Shown piece by piece: positions 21,911 to 31,392 of a DNA stretch of 64,000 nt. The notes beneath the pieces were generated by a model. That model did not search any database. It saw only the letters and a list, made by a program, of their open reading frames with translations, and was not told the origin of the DNA. The position numbers and the translations under genes were made by a program. How positions within the stretch are numbered: position 1 is the stretch's first letter; every line of letters begins with the position of its first letter. The DNA comes from a bacterium (lineage in GTDB: Bacteria > Patescibacteriota > Patescibacteriia > JACQRZ01): assembly GCA_030688365.1 (NCBI GenBank), contig JAUYIE010000005.1, positions 5,764 through 69,763 of the forward strand, given 5' to 3'.

Positions 21911-22876
21911 CTATTTTCCGATATAGCCCCAATCTGCTTTTGTTCCCTTGATTCCTTTTTTGTCCATTATATAAAAATAAGCACTCAATCCCGCCTTAGC
22001 GCCATCACCGGCGGAAACGACGATCTGTTGAAAATCAACATTACTCATGTCCCCTGCTGCAAAAAAACCGGGTGTCAATGTGTGTGAATCTTTATCAATG
22101 GGAATACGTTTTTGTGAGTCCAGTTGCACAAATGATTCAAAAAAACTTGCGTCAGAATCATATCCTATCTTAACACAGATAATGTCTACAAGGAGCGGAC
22201 ACACTGTACTTTCCTGCTCGTACGAAAGTGATGAGATTACTTCATCTCCATCAATAGTGCGTACCTCTGCATGAAAAATACATTCAATAGTTGGGGTATC
22301 TTCCACTCGTCGCACAAGGATATCTTCTGCACGAAAGCTTCCTCCACGATGAATGATGTATACCTTTGTGGCGGTTTTTGCATGCAACAGCGCTTCTTCA
22401 AGAGCAGCACTACCTCCGCCAATCACAGCAACAATCTTGTTTTTTGTCTGATCTTCAAGGATATCTGTACTACTATAATACACGCCATTACCCAGCCATT
22501 GTGTCTCATCGGCAATACCAAGATGTCGGGGTCGCTTACCACTTGCCGCAATGAGTGCGGTGCTTGTCTTTGAATGCTGACCCACTTGTATTGTAAATAT
22601 ATCACCATCTTTTGATACGCCATGGATATCACCATACAAAAACTCACAACCAAATCGTTCTGCTTGCTCTTTCATAATGCGTATCAAATCAGGACCTGAA
22701 ATACGTCCTACACCAGGATAGTTTTCAATTTCATACGTAGTGGCAGTCTGACCGCCGACTTCTTTTGTGACAATCAGTGTTTTCATGCCGCGTCGGGCCG
22801 CGAAAATACCGGCAGACAGACCAGCTGCCCCGCCTCCCAATATGATAACATCCCATTGTTGTGTTGTTGTATTCAT
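21911..22876 (-). CDS. trxB: Thioredoxin reductase-like FAD oxidoreductase
   Basis: GGGAAG, ENYPG, GGGSAALEEA, FAAGD; the usual CxxC is absent (YSSTD at that position). Confidence 0.75.
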   Translation of the reverse strand: MNTTTQQWDVIILGGGAAGLSAGIFAARRGMKTLIVTKEVGGQTATTYEIENYPGVGRISGPDLIRIMKEQAERFGCEFLYGDIHGVSKDGDIFTIQVGQHSKTSTALIAASGKRPRHLGIADETQWLGNGVYYSSTDILEDQTKNKIVAVIGGGSAALEEALLHAKTATKVYIIHRGGSFRAEDILVRRVEDTPTIECIFHAEVRTIDGDEVISSLSYEQESTVCPLLVDIICVKIGYDSDASFFESFVQLDSQKRIPIDKDSHTLTPGFFAAGDMSNVDFQQIVVSAGDGAKAGLSAYFYIMDKKGIKGTKADWGYIGK

Positions 22877-22911
22877 AATGTAAAACCCCGCCACAAGGGC
22901 GGGGCAATCAT

Positions 22912-23052
22912 CTAATTATATTCCTCGTCATCAAATGATTCCACCTCCTCTTTTTCTTCTTTCTCCATTTCTACAAGCGGTTGACTACAAATTTCGCAGG
23001 TTCCAGACTTTGGAAAGTCATCACCGCACTGTTCGCATATATATCGTGACAT
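22912..23052 (-). CDS. Small Zn-ribbon protein with acidic tail (46 aa), absent from ORF track
   Basis: Manual translation MSRYICEQCGDDFPKSGTCEICSQPLVEMEKEEKEEVESFDDEEYN*; CxxC-x9-CxxC; fills the pepA-trxB gap. Confidence 0.7.
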   Translation of the reverse strand: MSRYICEQCGDDFPKSGTCEICSQPLVEMEKEEKEEVESFDDEEYN

Positions 23053-23076
23053 AACGCGTCAAATGAACATGAATAA

Positions 23077-24579
23077 TTATAGCGCTCTTGATCGTGCGAG
23101 TTCTACAAGGAAACGAACACCCGTGCCACTTGCTCCTTTAGAAAGGAATTGGCCATCACTCGTTGTCATTGTAGAGGCGATATCAATGTGCGCCCACTTT
23201 TTAAACGACTTTGCAAATTGATAAAGAAACATACCGGCATTGATCGTCCCTGCGCTTCTTTTCTGTGAACCAGCATTAATCACATCCCCAAATGTTCCTT
23301 TCACTTCTGATTCATACTCTTCCCACAATGGTAATGGCCACATATAGTCTCCCGCTCTTTCTCCTATTGCGCAAATCTCTTGAGCAAATGCATCATCAGG
23401 AGTAAGCACAGCAGACGCGGTAGTACCAAGTGCTACGACACACGCCCCTGTCAATGTCGCAAGATCCACAACCAATGCAGGGTCATAACGTTTTTCAGTA
23501 TACGTCAATGCATCCGCCAGGACAATACGTCCTTCTGCGTCTGGTGTCAAGACTTCAATAGTTTTACCTGACATTGACTTGAGTAAATCACCGGGACGGT
23601 AGCTTTGTCCGGATGGCATATTTTCAACTGCAGGACAAACACCTACAATGTTTACTTTTAACCCTAGCTTTGCGATTGCACAAACTGCGGAAATTACCGA
23701 CCCTGCACCGGTCATGTCCATGTGCATCTCAAGCATACTACCAGAAATTTTTAAATCAAGTCCTCCACTGTCAAAAGTAATACCTTTTCCTAAAAAAACA
23801 AGTGGTTTTTCTTTTTCATCAGCACCATGATATTCCAAAACGATCAATCGTGCATCTTCCACGCTTCCCTTTGATACTCCTAAGATACCACCCATACCGA
23901 GCTTTGCCATTTCCTCTTCACCGATGATGTCACACGTGGCACCAGAATCCTGTGCCAGCTTTTTTGCTTCTTCTGCTAATATTGAGGGGGTCATATCACC
24001 TCCTGGAGTATTTGAAAGATCACGTGCATGACTCGTGTAAACACCGATTATCGCACCCTGTTCTATCTCATTTAAGATTTTTTCTTTCTGACTTGCGTCC
24101 ACAAGATATGAAAGTTCCTCTACAAAAAACCACCCCTCTTGTGGTGTCTCTTTATACTTCACAAATTCATAGTTTGCCATCTCGGCGTTTATCGCGAAAC
24201 TGCGCATTCCTTCATGCCGTTCAACTTCTATCGGTAAGGGTAAGGCCGAATCAATAACAGCCGATGTGATATGCAAACTACGCATGCCCTTGATAAGCGC
24301 ACGTATTGCTACATTATATTTTCTTGCAGTATATTTTTCACGTTCGCCAAGACCTAATAAAAGAACAATCTTTTCTTCCTGCGCTGGTAATGTGACCTTT
24401 TCTACCTTTCCCAATGTCCCGTCAAAAGAAGAAACGACCTTCTTTATGTACTCGCCTGATTCCGCGGACAATGCAGTAAACAACGATCCCTTTTCATCCA
24501 CTGATTCACCTTTAAAAATAGTTAAAATATAGGTTAAAATCGTTGTTTCTTCCAAAGAAGTGATTGCCTGATGTTTCAT
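23077..24579 (-). CDS. pepA: Leucyl aminopeptidase (M17)
   Basis: GKGITFDSGG, MHMDMTG, DAEGRIVLAD, ATLTGA, WAHIDIA. Confidence 0.93.
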   Translation of the reverse strand: MKHQAITSLEETTILTYILTIFKGESVDEKGSLFTALSAESGEYIKKVVSSFDGTLGKVEKVTLPAQEEKIVLLLGLGEREKYTARKYNVAIRALIKGMRSLHITSAVIDSALPLPIEVERHEGMRSFAINAEMANYEFVKYKETPQEGWFFVEELSYLVDASQKEKILNEIEQGAIIGVYTSHARDLSNTPGGDMTPSILAEEAKKLAQDSGATCDIIGEEEMAKLGMGGILGVSKGSVEDARLIVLEYHGADEKEKPLVFLGKGITFDSGGLDLKISGSMLEMHMDMTGAGSVISAVCAIAKLGLKVNIVGVCPAVENMPSGQSYRPGDLLKSMSGKTIEVLTPDAEGRIVLADALTYTEKRYDPALVVDLATLTGACVVALGTTASAVLTPDDAFAQEICAIGERAGDYMWPLPLWEEYESEVKGTFGDVINAGSQKRSAGTINAGMFLYQFAKSFKKWAHIDIASTMTTSDGQFLSKGASGTGVRFLVELARSRAL

Positions 24580-24674
24580 ACGTTTTGCCGTCAAAAAATA
24601 ATATTTCCGAGTATAGCAGAAAAGAAAAAAAGATACCAGTGATTGGGTATCTTACAAATACATATCTTTTATAT

Positions 24675-25367
24675 TTACAGTCGCATGGATGGAGAACCCA
24701 CAGACAGAAGCAAAAAAGATAAGGGAATTCTTTTAATTTTTTTATCATTTCCAATGAGCTCAATCACCACTTCTTTTGTGCTGTATAGTGATAGAGCAAT
24801 GATTTCAAGCGCTTCTATATATGCACCTCCTGAAAAAAAATCCGGATACACATGAAAGGTAACCATAGTGCTACCTAGCTCTATCGAGCGTACCAATCGC
24901 GTTTTTTTTAGCTTGCCGTCGACGACCTCTTCTTTGCAAATTTCCGTCAATGATACAATCGTGCATTGGCACGTAGGCAATTGCGGAACGCTTGAAGTAG
25001 AATGTGATAGTAAATATGTATCAATAACGTAGATAAAAAATAAGGTAATTTTTTTGAAAAAAATATCAATAGCTCTATCTACTCTTCTCTTTTTTATGTT
25101 TTTTTTCTTTTCTATCCGTTTGTGCCAAGCGTCTACTTTTTGTATCTGATCCCTATACTTTAATATAGCATTGGCATAATCCTCATGAAGTTGCCATGCA
25201 CGCACAGGATTCGCTACAGGATCACTCATCTCTGTGTTTAGTGGACAACTTTCATTGCTATGATTCTTTAAAACCGACAGATCTTCTGCACATTCAACAG
25301 AAAGGATATTGTCTTTCTTAACTATCGTCAGGACAGCTTCCTGTTTAATAAAATTTTTAATGTTCAT
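24675..25367 (-). CDS. Hypothetical protein (ORFan)
   Basis: AGGAGG SD before ATG 25367; terminator AGATACC..GGTATCTTTTTT near 24625-24652. Confidence 0.55.
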   Translation of the reverse strand: MNIKNFIKQEAVLTIVKKDNILSVECAEDLSVLKNHSNESCPLNTEMSDPVANPVRAWQLHEDYANAILKYRDQIQKVDAWHKRIEKKKNIKKRRVDRAIDIFFKKITLFFIYVIDTYLLSHSTSSVPQLPTCQCTIVSLTEICKEEVVDGKLKKTRLVRSIELGSTMVTFHVYPDFFSGGAYIEALEIIALSLYSTKEVVIELIGNDKKIKRIPLSFLLLSVGSPSMRL

Positions 25368-25455
25368 TTTTCCTTTCCTCCTCTCAAACAATATATATAT
25401 ACGAGTAATACAATCTATATCTTTTCTTGTCAAGCCATATGTATATAAACACAAA

Positions 25456-26025
25456 CTATTTTAATATAGCATCCACTAATTCTTGTACGCCAGTTTTCTT
25501 TTTCACAGAAAAAGGGATGATCACATGACCACCTACCACTGTTCGGATGGTCTGCATGTGTGTATCATATTCTGCACTTTTTATCTTATCCACTTTATTT
25601 GCCACCACGATGATATTTTTATTTTTTTCTTCAAGACTGTAGAGCATCTCTTTGTCGTTGTCAGTGAGTCCAATCTTTGCATCAATGATAAGTACGACTG
25701 CTTTTTGCTTATAGTGTGATGTGAGTAAATACCAAAGGATACGATTTTGTATCTTTTGCAAGGTCTGCCATGACGCTTTTGCATAACCATATCCGGGCAA
25801 ATCTACCAGATAGACTGTATCGTTTATCAAAAAAAGATTTATTTCCTTCGTACGTCCCGGCGTTGAACTCGTACGCGCCAGATCTTTTTTGTGGGTAATG
25901 GTATTGATGATACTGGACTTGCCGACGTTTGATCGCCCAATAAAAGCAACTTGAGGGATATCACCCTCAAGTGCCTCGTCGTTATCCACAATACCTTTAA
26001 CAAATTTCGCTGAAGTGATAGTCAT
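25456..26025 (-). CDS. engB: Ribosome biogenesis GTPase YihA/EngB
   Basis: GRSNVGKSS, TPGRT, DLPGYG, NKVD; start set at MTITSAKF. Confidence 0.95.
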   Translation of the reverse strand: MTITSAKFVKGIVDNDEALEGDIPQVAFIGRSNVGKSSIINTITHKKDLARTSSTPGRTKEINLFLINDTVYLVDLPGYGYAKASWQTLQKIQNRILWYLLTSHYKQKAVVLIIDAKIGLTDNDKEMLYSLEEKNKNIIVVANKVDKIKSAEYDTHMQTIRTVVGGHVIIPFSVKKKTGVQELVDAILK

Positions 26026-26122
26026 ATGTGTATCATAACAAAAAACCTCCTTTTGGGAAGTTTTTGGGTAAAAAAATGGCGATTGATTTAATCGCCGTGC
26101 TCCAAAAAAAATTTCAGGACTG

Positions 26123-26656
26123 TTAGACCTTATATGGATATATCCACCTTGCATGTTCTGGCTCTTCTGTCTCACCGCGACAATGCGCGGCAATGTTGTC
26201 AGATTGTGTATTGTAATTGGCGGGTCCTGTCCATAATGCCACCTCCCAATTTTGTTTACACATGAATATCTGACGTGGATCAAGAGATTTTAGAATCCTA
26301 CAGTATTCAGTGTGCTTCATTTCTCTTTCATTATGTAATTTCTCAACAACTACACTGTTATACTTAAAAAGATCCCTACGAATATACCTGTTTATATCTA
26401 ACATATCAGTGATTTCTTTCTTTGCCTTCAAATCTTTAAAAAACTGAATCCCGACATCATACCCAATGATTATACAAGCAATAGAATCTTTCAAAAACAC
26501 GTGAGATATGTCACGTATACGCGAACGCATACTCCAGTCGCAGCTTTTTACTTTTTCACACTCCTCCAAAAAACGAGCTTGTTCGTTCTTTAACGCAGTA
26601 AAATAGTCCTGCATGTTTCTGATTCCATTTTCCGGCCTTGTCAATTTACTTTCCAT
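26123..26656 (-). CDS. Hypothetical protein (ORFan)
   Basis: 177 aa, G-rich SD, terminator GGCGATT..AATCGCCATTTTTT near 26070-26097. Confidence 0.55.
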   Translation of the reverse strand: MESKLTRPENGIRNMQDYFTALKNEQARFLEECEKVKSCDWSMRSRIRDISHVFLKDSIACIIIGYDVGIQFFKDLKAKKEITDMLDINRYIRRDLFKYNSVVVEKLHNEREMKHTEYCRILKSLDPRQIFMCKQNWEVALWTGPANYNTQSDNIAAHCRGETEEPEHARWIYPYKV

Positions 26657-26789
26657 TTTCCCCCCTTTTTTTTTCTAACGTTATATACGCCAGCAATATA
26701 GATTTATATACCGTACTACAGATCGTAAGACAGGTCAATGTGATAGAAGTGACTTCTTTTTTTGCATAAAAACGCTATAATATGGACAT

Positions 26790-26807
26790 ACTTCACACTT
26801 TCTTCAT
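26790..26807 (+). promoter_or_regulatory. Putative OmpR-family direct-repeat operator (copy 1)
   Basis: ACTTCACACTTTCTTCAT, CTTCA repeated at 11-bp spacing; near-identical copy at 28495. Confidence 0.55.
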
Positions 26808-26830
26808 TGGTCATTATATAGTCTGGAAAT

Positions 26831-27493
26831 ATGAAAATACTTGTCGTAGAAGATGAGCCAAAACTAAATAAAGGGCTTACAGAAAGCCTCCATACTCGCG
26901 GATACGCAGTGGATCAAGCATTTGATGGTGTAGAGGGCGAGCGTATGGCACTGCTTGGTACTTACGACCTTATCGTACTTGATATCATGATGCCAAAACG
27001 CGATGGGCTTGAAGTGTGCAAGAATCTACGTGCCAGTGGCAACACCACTCCAATTCTGATGCTCACTGCCAAAGATACAGTACGTGACAAAATCACAGGT
27101 CTTGACATAGGCGCTGATGATTATTTAGTCAAGCCGTTCTCTATTGATGAACTTACCGCGCGTATCCGCACTCTTCTTCGCCGTCCGCTAATCATTGCAA
27201 ATGATGTCCTTACCCTTAACGGTCTTACTCTTGACACCCGTTCACAAACCGTCAGTATAGATAAAAAAGTGATAGATCTCACCTTACGCGAATATGGGCT
27301 ACTTGAATACCTTTTGCGTAACAAAGATTCTGTATTGACGCGCGATGATTTGTTGGAACATGTCTGGGATCGCAATTTTGATTCCTTTAGTAATGTCGTA
27401 GATGTCCATCTGAAAAATCTTCGTAAAAAACTACCACCATTGTATGCAAAACGCATTAAAACTGTTTGGGGCAAAGGCTACCGCCTCGTTTAA
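26831..27493 (+). CDS. OmpR-family response regulator
   Basis: ILVVEDE, LDIMMP, GADDYLVKPF, TVWGKGY. Confidence 0.95.
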   Translation: MKILVVEDEPKLNKGLTESLHTRGYAVDQAFDGVEGERMALLGTYDLIVLDIMMPKRDGLEVCKNLRASGNTTPILMLTAKDTVRDKITGLDIGADDYLVKPFSIDELTARIRTLLRRPLIIANDVLTLNGLTLDTRSQTVSIDKKVIDLTLREYGLLEYLLRNKDSVLTRDDLLEHVWDRNFDSFSNVVDVHLKNLRKKLPPLYAKRIKTVWGKGYRLV

Positions 27494-28493
27494 TGAACAT
27501 TTCCGAAATTCATTGTGGAAATTGACTATCTTATACACGGTCGTGATTGCGACCATTCTTGTTGTGTCTAGCGGTGTCATTTACTCTGCATTTTCTCAAA
27601 AACTGGGCCGTCGCTATCAAGACTTTCGACTTATACCACAAAACCGCCCACTTGGTTTTGAAATAGTTCGTGCAACTATTCCAACACAGGCAGAAGTGCA
27701 AGAAGAGCTCATATATTCCTTGATACTGGTCAATGGTATTTTGATTATCATTGCAGGTATCGCAAGCTATTGGCTTGCACATATCACCCTACGCCCTGTC
27801 AAAGAATCATACGATGCTCAACGCCGTTTTTTTGCCGATGCATCTCATGAACTCCGTACGCCTTTGAGCATTTTAAAAATTGAATTGGAAAATGAACTAG
27901 CAAAAAATGCAGTACCCGTCACACAGCAGGAAAAAATAAGAAGCCATTTGGAAGAAGTAGATCGTATGAGCACTCTCGTATCTGATTTGCTTGTACTTTC
28001 ACGACTCCATGATCAAGACAATAAAACCAACGTACAGCGTTTTACCATTAACCTATCCGCAATGGTGCGAGATATCCACAAGCGCCTCCAACCACTTGCT
28101 AGTCAACATATCGTACACATGACATTACACGAAGCTAATAGTGATATCACCATTTCTTCTGACGAACAAGCTCTATCGCGCGCCATCCTCAATGTCATCA
28201 AAAACGCGATTATTTATAATAAACCAGACGGGATGGTCACCATCACGGTATCAACAAAAGAAAAAAAAGCACTTGTTGAGATCGTAGATACTGGTATTGG
28301 AGTTTCACCCGATGATCTTACCCACATCTTTGAACGATTTTATAGAGCTGACAAAAGCAGGTCGCGCGCCAGCGGTGGTAGTGGCCTTGGACTCTCTATC
28401 ACTCGTTCATCTCTTGAACAATTGGACGGTAGTGTTGACGTAAAAAGTACACTTGAACAAGGCACTACCGTCACCCTGACATTGCCAGTATAA
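27444..28493 (+). CDS. Sensor histidine kinase
   Basis: ADASHELRTP, N box NAIIY, DTGIG, FERFYRAD, GSGLGLSI; exact start uncertain. Confidence 0.93.
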   Translation: MQNALKLFGAKATASFNEHFRNSLWKLTILYTVVIATILVVSSGVIYSAFSQKLGRRYQDFRLIPQNRPLGFEIVRATIPTQAEVQEELIYSLILVNGILIIIAGIASYWLAHITLRPVKESYDAQRRFFADASHELRTPLSILKIELENELAKNAVPVTQQEKIRSHLEEVDRMSTLVSDLLVLSRLHDQDNKTNVQRFTINLSAMVRDIHKRLQPLASQHIVHMTLHEANSDITISSDEQALSRAILNVIKNAIIYNKPDGMVTITVSTKEKKALVEIVDTGIGVSPDDLTHIFERFYRADKSRSRASGGSGLGLSITRSSLEQLDGSVDVKSTLEQGTTVTLTLPV

Positions 28494-28494
28494 C

Positions 28495-28512
28495 ACTTCA
28501 TATTTTCTTCAT
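28495..28512 (+). promoter_or_regulatory. Putative OmpR-family direct-repeat operator (copy 2)
   Basis: ACTTCATATTTTCTTCAT followed by TATAAT at 28524-28529. Confidence 0.55.
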
Positions 28513-28558
28513 CATAGTGTTGATATAATGAGTGTATAATTCTTAAAGCAAAAAACCT

Positions 28559-29116
28559 ATGCAAAAACGCAGGTTCGCGAAGTCGGCGGCGGTCACTGCA
28601 ACGGTCATACTTGGCCTTGCCGGTAGTGGTGCAGGAGTCTTGTACGCGGCAACGGCGACAGGAGGGGCATCACCGGGCAATGCACTCATCACTGCAATCG
28701 CCCAACGCTTTAATCTCAATGAAGACGACGTAAAACAAGTTTTTGATGAACAACGTGCACAAATGCATGAACAAACACAAGAACAACGTCAAAATATCTT
28801 GCAAAACCGACTGACCAAAGCAGTCGCCAACGGCACCATCACACAAGCACAAGCTGATGCGATTAGTGTCAAAGAGCAAGAAATAAATAATCAAATGGAT
28901 GCTCTCAAGGATAAAACTCCTCAAGAACGTCAAAGCGCGCTAAAAGCGCAACACCAAGCCCTCAAACAATGGGCAACAGATAACAATATTCCACAGAAAC
29001 TCTTTCCATTTGGTGGTCCTCGTATGGGATATGGTCACCAAGGATTCAAAGGATCTTCGGGACATAACGAAGGAGAGGTACCACGCGAATTGCGTCCTCG
29101 ACCAAGGGTACAGTAA
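28559..29116 (+). CDS. Secreted helical hypothetical protein
   Basis: Signal peptide; LTKAVANGTITQAQAD motif; Gly/His-rich tail. Confidence 0.7.
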   Translation: MQKRRFAKSAAVTATVILGLAGSGAGVLYAATATGGASPGNALITAIAQRFNLNEDDVKQVFDEQRAQMHEQTQEQRQNILQNRLTKAVANGTITQAQADAISVKEQEINNQMDALKDKTPQERQSALKAQHQALKQWATDNNIPQKLFPFGGPRMGYGHQGFKGSSGHNEGEVPRELRPRPRVQ

Positions 29117-29560
29117 TTCAAACGGTATGCATCGTGCAAGCATGGCATAAAACAAACTCCGAGGGCAGAAATGCCCTTGGTGTTGTTGTTTTGAATAAAA
29201 AAAATAGGAGTAGTAAGACTCCATTGATTCAAAATTAATAATTTTTTTAGCTGGAAGGATCTTTTTGATGCTTCACTGGCTTTTTTGGGGGCGAAATGAG
29301 GTATTGGAAAAAATCATCCATTTTATCTGGAAATATATTTCCAGCATTACTTCCATCCAATATCTCCACAATACTTTTTTTTCTTTCTCTTTCTTCTGTC
29401 ATTTTTTACTTTACCTTTCGATCGTTACCTTGCTTACTCAAGGTTTCGCTAATATAATATAAAAATAGTATATGTAGTCCGGTAACCGATGTCAAGAATA
29501 TACAATACACGTATTAAAAAAGCATTCTCATATATGAGAACACCTTTTCGATTGGTGCAA

Positions 29561-29977
29561 TTAATATTCCTGATAATCTTTTGTTGCAAAACGCTTGTTT
29601 ACGCGTTGTGCAACGGCAGACAGAACATCCTTGTCACCTTGAGAGAGTTTGTTATATCTCTCTCCCCATTTTTCTTTTACAGCATCTTCAACTCTATATT
29701 GCCGATATCCTGGTCCATGTCGGATTAGGTACCCATATTCACACAGTTCGTCTATATGATGCCCAAGCTGTGAGTTATACAAATCAGAATCATATTGCCA
29801 CTGATGAATAAATGTGGGTATGTTTGTTATCGGATTTCTCTTCAAATCGACAAAGATTATCTGCCATATTTTGTCATGTGGCATCAAATCCACATTATTT
29901 ACACTACACTGCCCCATATGGTTATCGCGTAGTAGCAACACCATATCAAAAAAATCCTGTAACATTGATATTCCCAT
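29561..29977 (-). CDS. Hypothetical protein (ORFan)
   Basis: AAGGAGGT SD before ATG 29977; hairpin near 29516-29548. Confidence 0.55.
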   Translation of the reverse strand: MGISMLQDFFDMVLLLRDNHMGQCSVNNVDLMPHDKIWQIIFVDLKRNPITNIPTFIHQWQYDSDLYNSQLGHHIDELCEYGYLIRHGPGYRQYRVEDAVKEKWGERYNKLSQGDKDVLSAVAQRVNKRFATKDYQEY

Positions 29978-30198
29978 ATCAACCTCCTTTTTATTCCCCA
30001 TTGAATAAAATGAACAATATCGACAACCCGAATATAGCACAATAGGTTATTTTTGCAAGCTAGGACGGTAGTGGACTTAAATTTTTGGCACCAAGTCACA
30101 AAACCAAAATCCCTTTGTAACAACGTTTAGAGGTAGTCTGCAATCACTGCCTGATTTTACCTCAAGTGGTTTATATACATGTTCACCAACTAAAAAAT

Positions 30199-30406
30199 GG
30201 ATTTTGTTTTTGAATTCAGGGAAAAAATGGGGTTGGGTTCAGGCGGGCTCCAAAACCCTCAAGCCCCCAAAGGGGGCGAAAGAGGAGACATATACACAAA
30301 CCTGTCTCTCCTGAACGAAATCCGAACTTTTTTTCAAAAAAATCCAGACGCGGAATTTTAAACTGGTGACATGGCGGAATTCCCCCCACACCCCCCTTCC
30401 GCCATG
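30199..30406 (+). repeat. Recombinase-3'-end repeat, copy 1 (P+P' type)
   Basis: About 208 bp, inverted copy at 32468-32676 with roughly six differences by eye; first half also matches 34162-34267. Confidence 0.95.
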
Positions 30407-30451
30407 TTTTTGTGTAGGACATTTTTTTGGCTCGCAAGAGGGTAATCAAGT

Positions 30452-31282
30452 CTATCTCTCTAATTTTTTATTATTCTCTTTCTCAAGTTTTTTCTTTTCT
30501 TTTTTCAATTCTTTGATATGCCGTTCGGGAGGTAAATTTTCAGGTAAAATGCCACCAATATCCTTGATCGTCTGTCGTACTTTTCCGCCAACCATATTGT
30601 GAGTATTGATGGCATCCCTCTCCGAATCAACCTCATCTTTTTTAAGCTTTGAATCGGTTTGGGTAATACGAAAAAGATTTGCCGCCAATTCGGTCGAACC
30701 CGATCTGTCTAGTAGTTCTCCCTTCTTAATCCCCTTTCTTATTTCAACATCACCAAGAGGCATACCATACAGACCACTATACCCTGCATCATTGAATACC
30801 CCAAAGTGGGTCACGCCTGCCTGTCGAGCTGTTTTTGCCAGCTTTTTGTTCTGATTACTGACCTCGTCACGAATAAATAATCGTTTTTCGTTTAGACTCA
30901 TCTCCTCAAATAATTCTTGCTTTCTTGTCTGTAGAGCAAAGTATGTCTGCGCAAGTGCAATTTCCGTTTTTGACGGATCGCCATTTTGAGCTATCAAATA
31001 ACACGCATAGCGATCAAGCTTGTAATCATCCACTTTTCTCATGGTATTTGAACCGATCGAGACCATTTTGCTGATATCAGCAAAATGGTTATCCACAGCC
31101 TGTCCGCTCTGAATACAAGCCCGTGCCGCTTTTGCGATAACTTCTGCAAAATTTCTCCATTGAGCATAATCAAGCAAGCTCATCAATTCGCGAGCTGTCC
31201 AATACTCAATCCCATTCTCGTCAATTTTTTTAATGCTCTCAAAATCCTTGTGTGGACTTGAGGGCAGTAGCTCATGTGGCAT
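30452..31282 (-). CDS. dinD: DNA damage-inducible protein D (Bro-N-like)
   Basis: EYWTAREL, LDRYACYLIAQNGDP, AQTYFALQTRKQE, GSTELAANLFRITQT. Confidence 0.88.
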   Translation of the reverse strand: MPHELLPSSPHKDFESIKKIDENGIEYWTARELMSLLDYAQWRNFAEVIAKAARACIQSGQAVDNHFADISKMVSIGSNTMRKVDDYKLDRYACYLIAQNGDPSKTEIALAQTYFALQTRKQELFEEMSLNEKRLFIRDEVSNQNKKLAKTARQAGVTHFGVFNDAGYSGLYGMPLGDVEIRKGIKKGELLDRSGSTELAANLFRITQTDSKLKKDEVDSERDAINTHNMVGGKVRQTIKDIGGILPENLPPERHIKELKKEKKKLEKENNKKLER

Positions 31283-31392
31283 ATTTAGTATTTGACTATG
31301 AACTATTATTACATCCGATGGTACCATGTTTAGATAACAAAGGATGTTCCCGTACTGGCAAACAATCAATATTGCGTTCCCATTTGAGTAAT

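Noticed and set aside
29120-29402. Possible minus-strand gene starting at 29402
   Set aside because: It stops after 26 codons and nothing recognisable follows; at most a decayed orphan
30216-30449. Short ORFs over the repeats (30216-30449, 32514-32792, 34167-34355)
   Set aside because: These are translations of the repeat or recombinase tail, not independent genes
31283-31392. LexA box upstream of dinD
   Set aside because: No GAAC-N4-GTTC match found by eye
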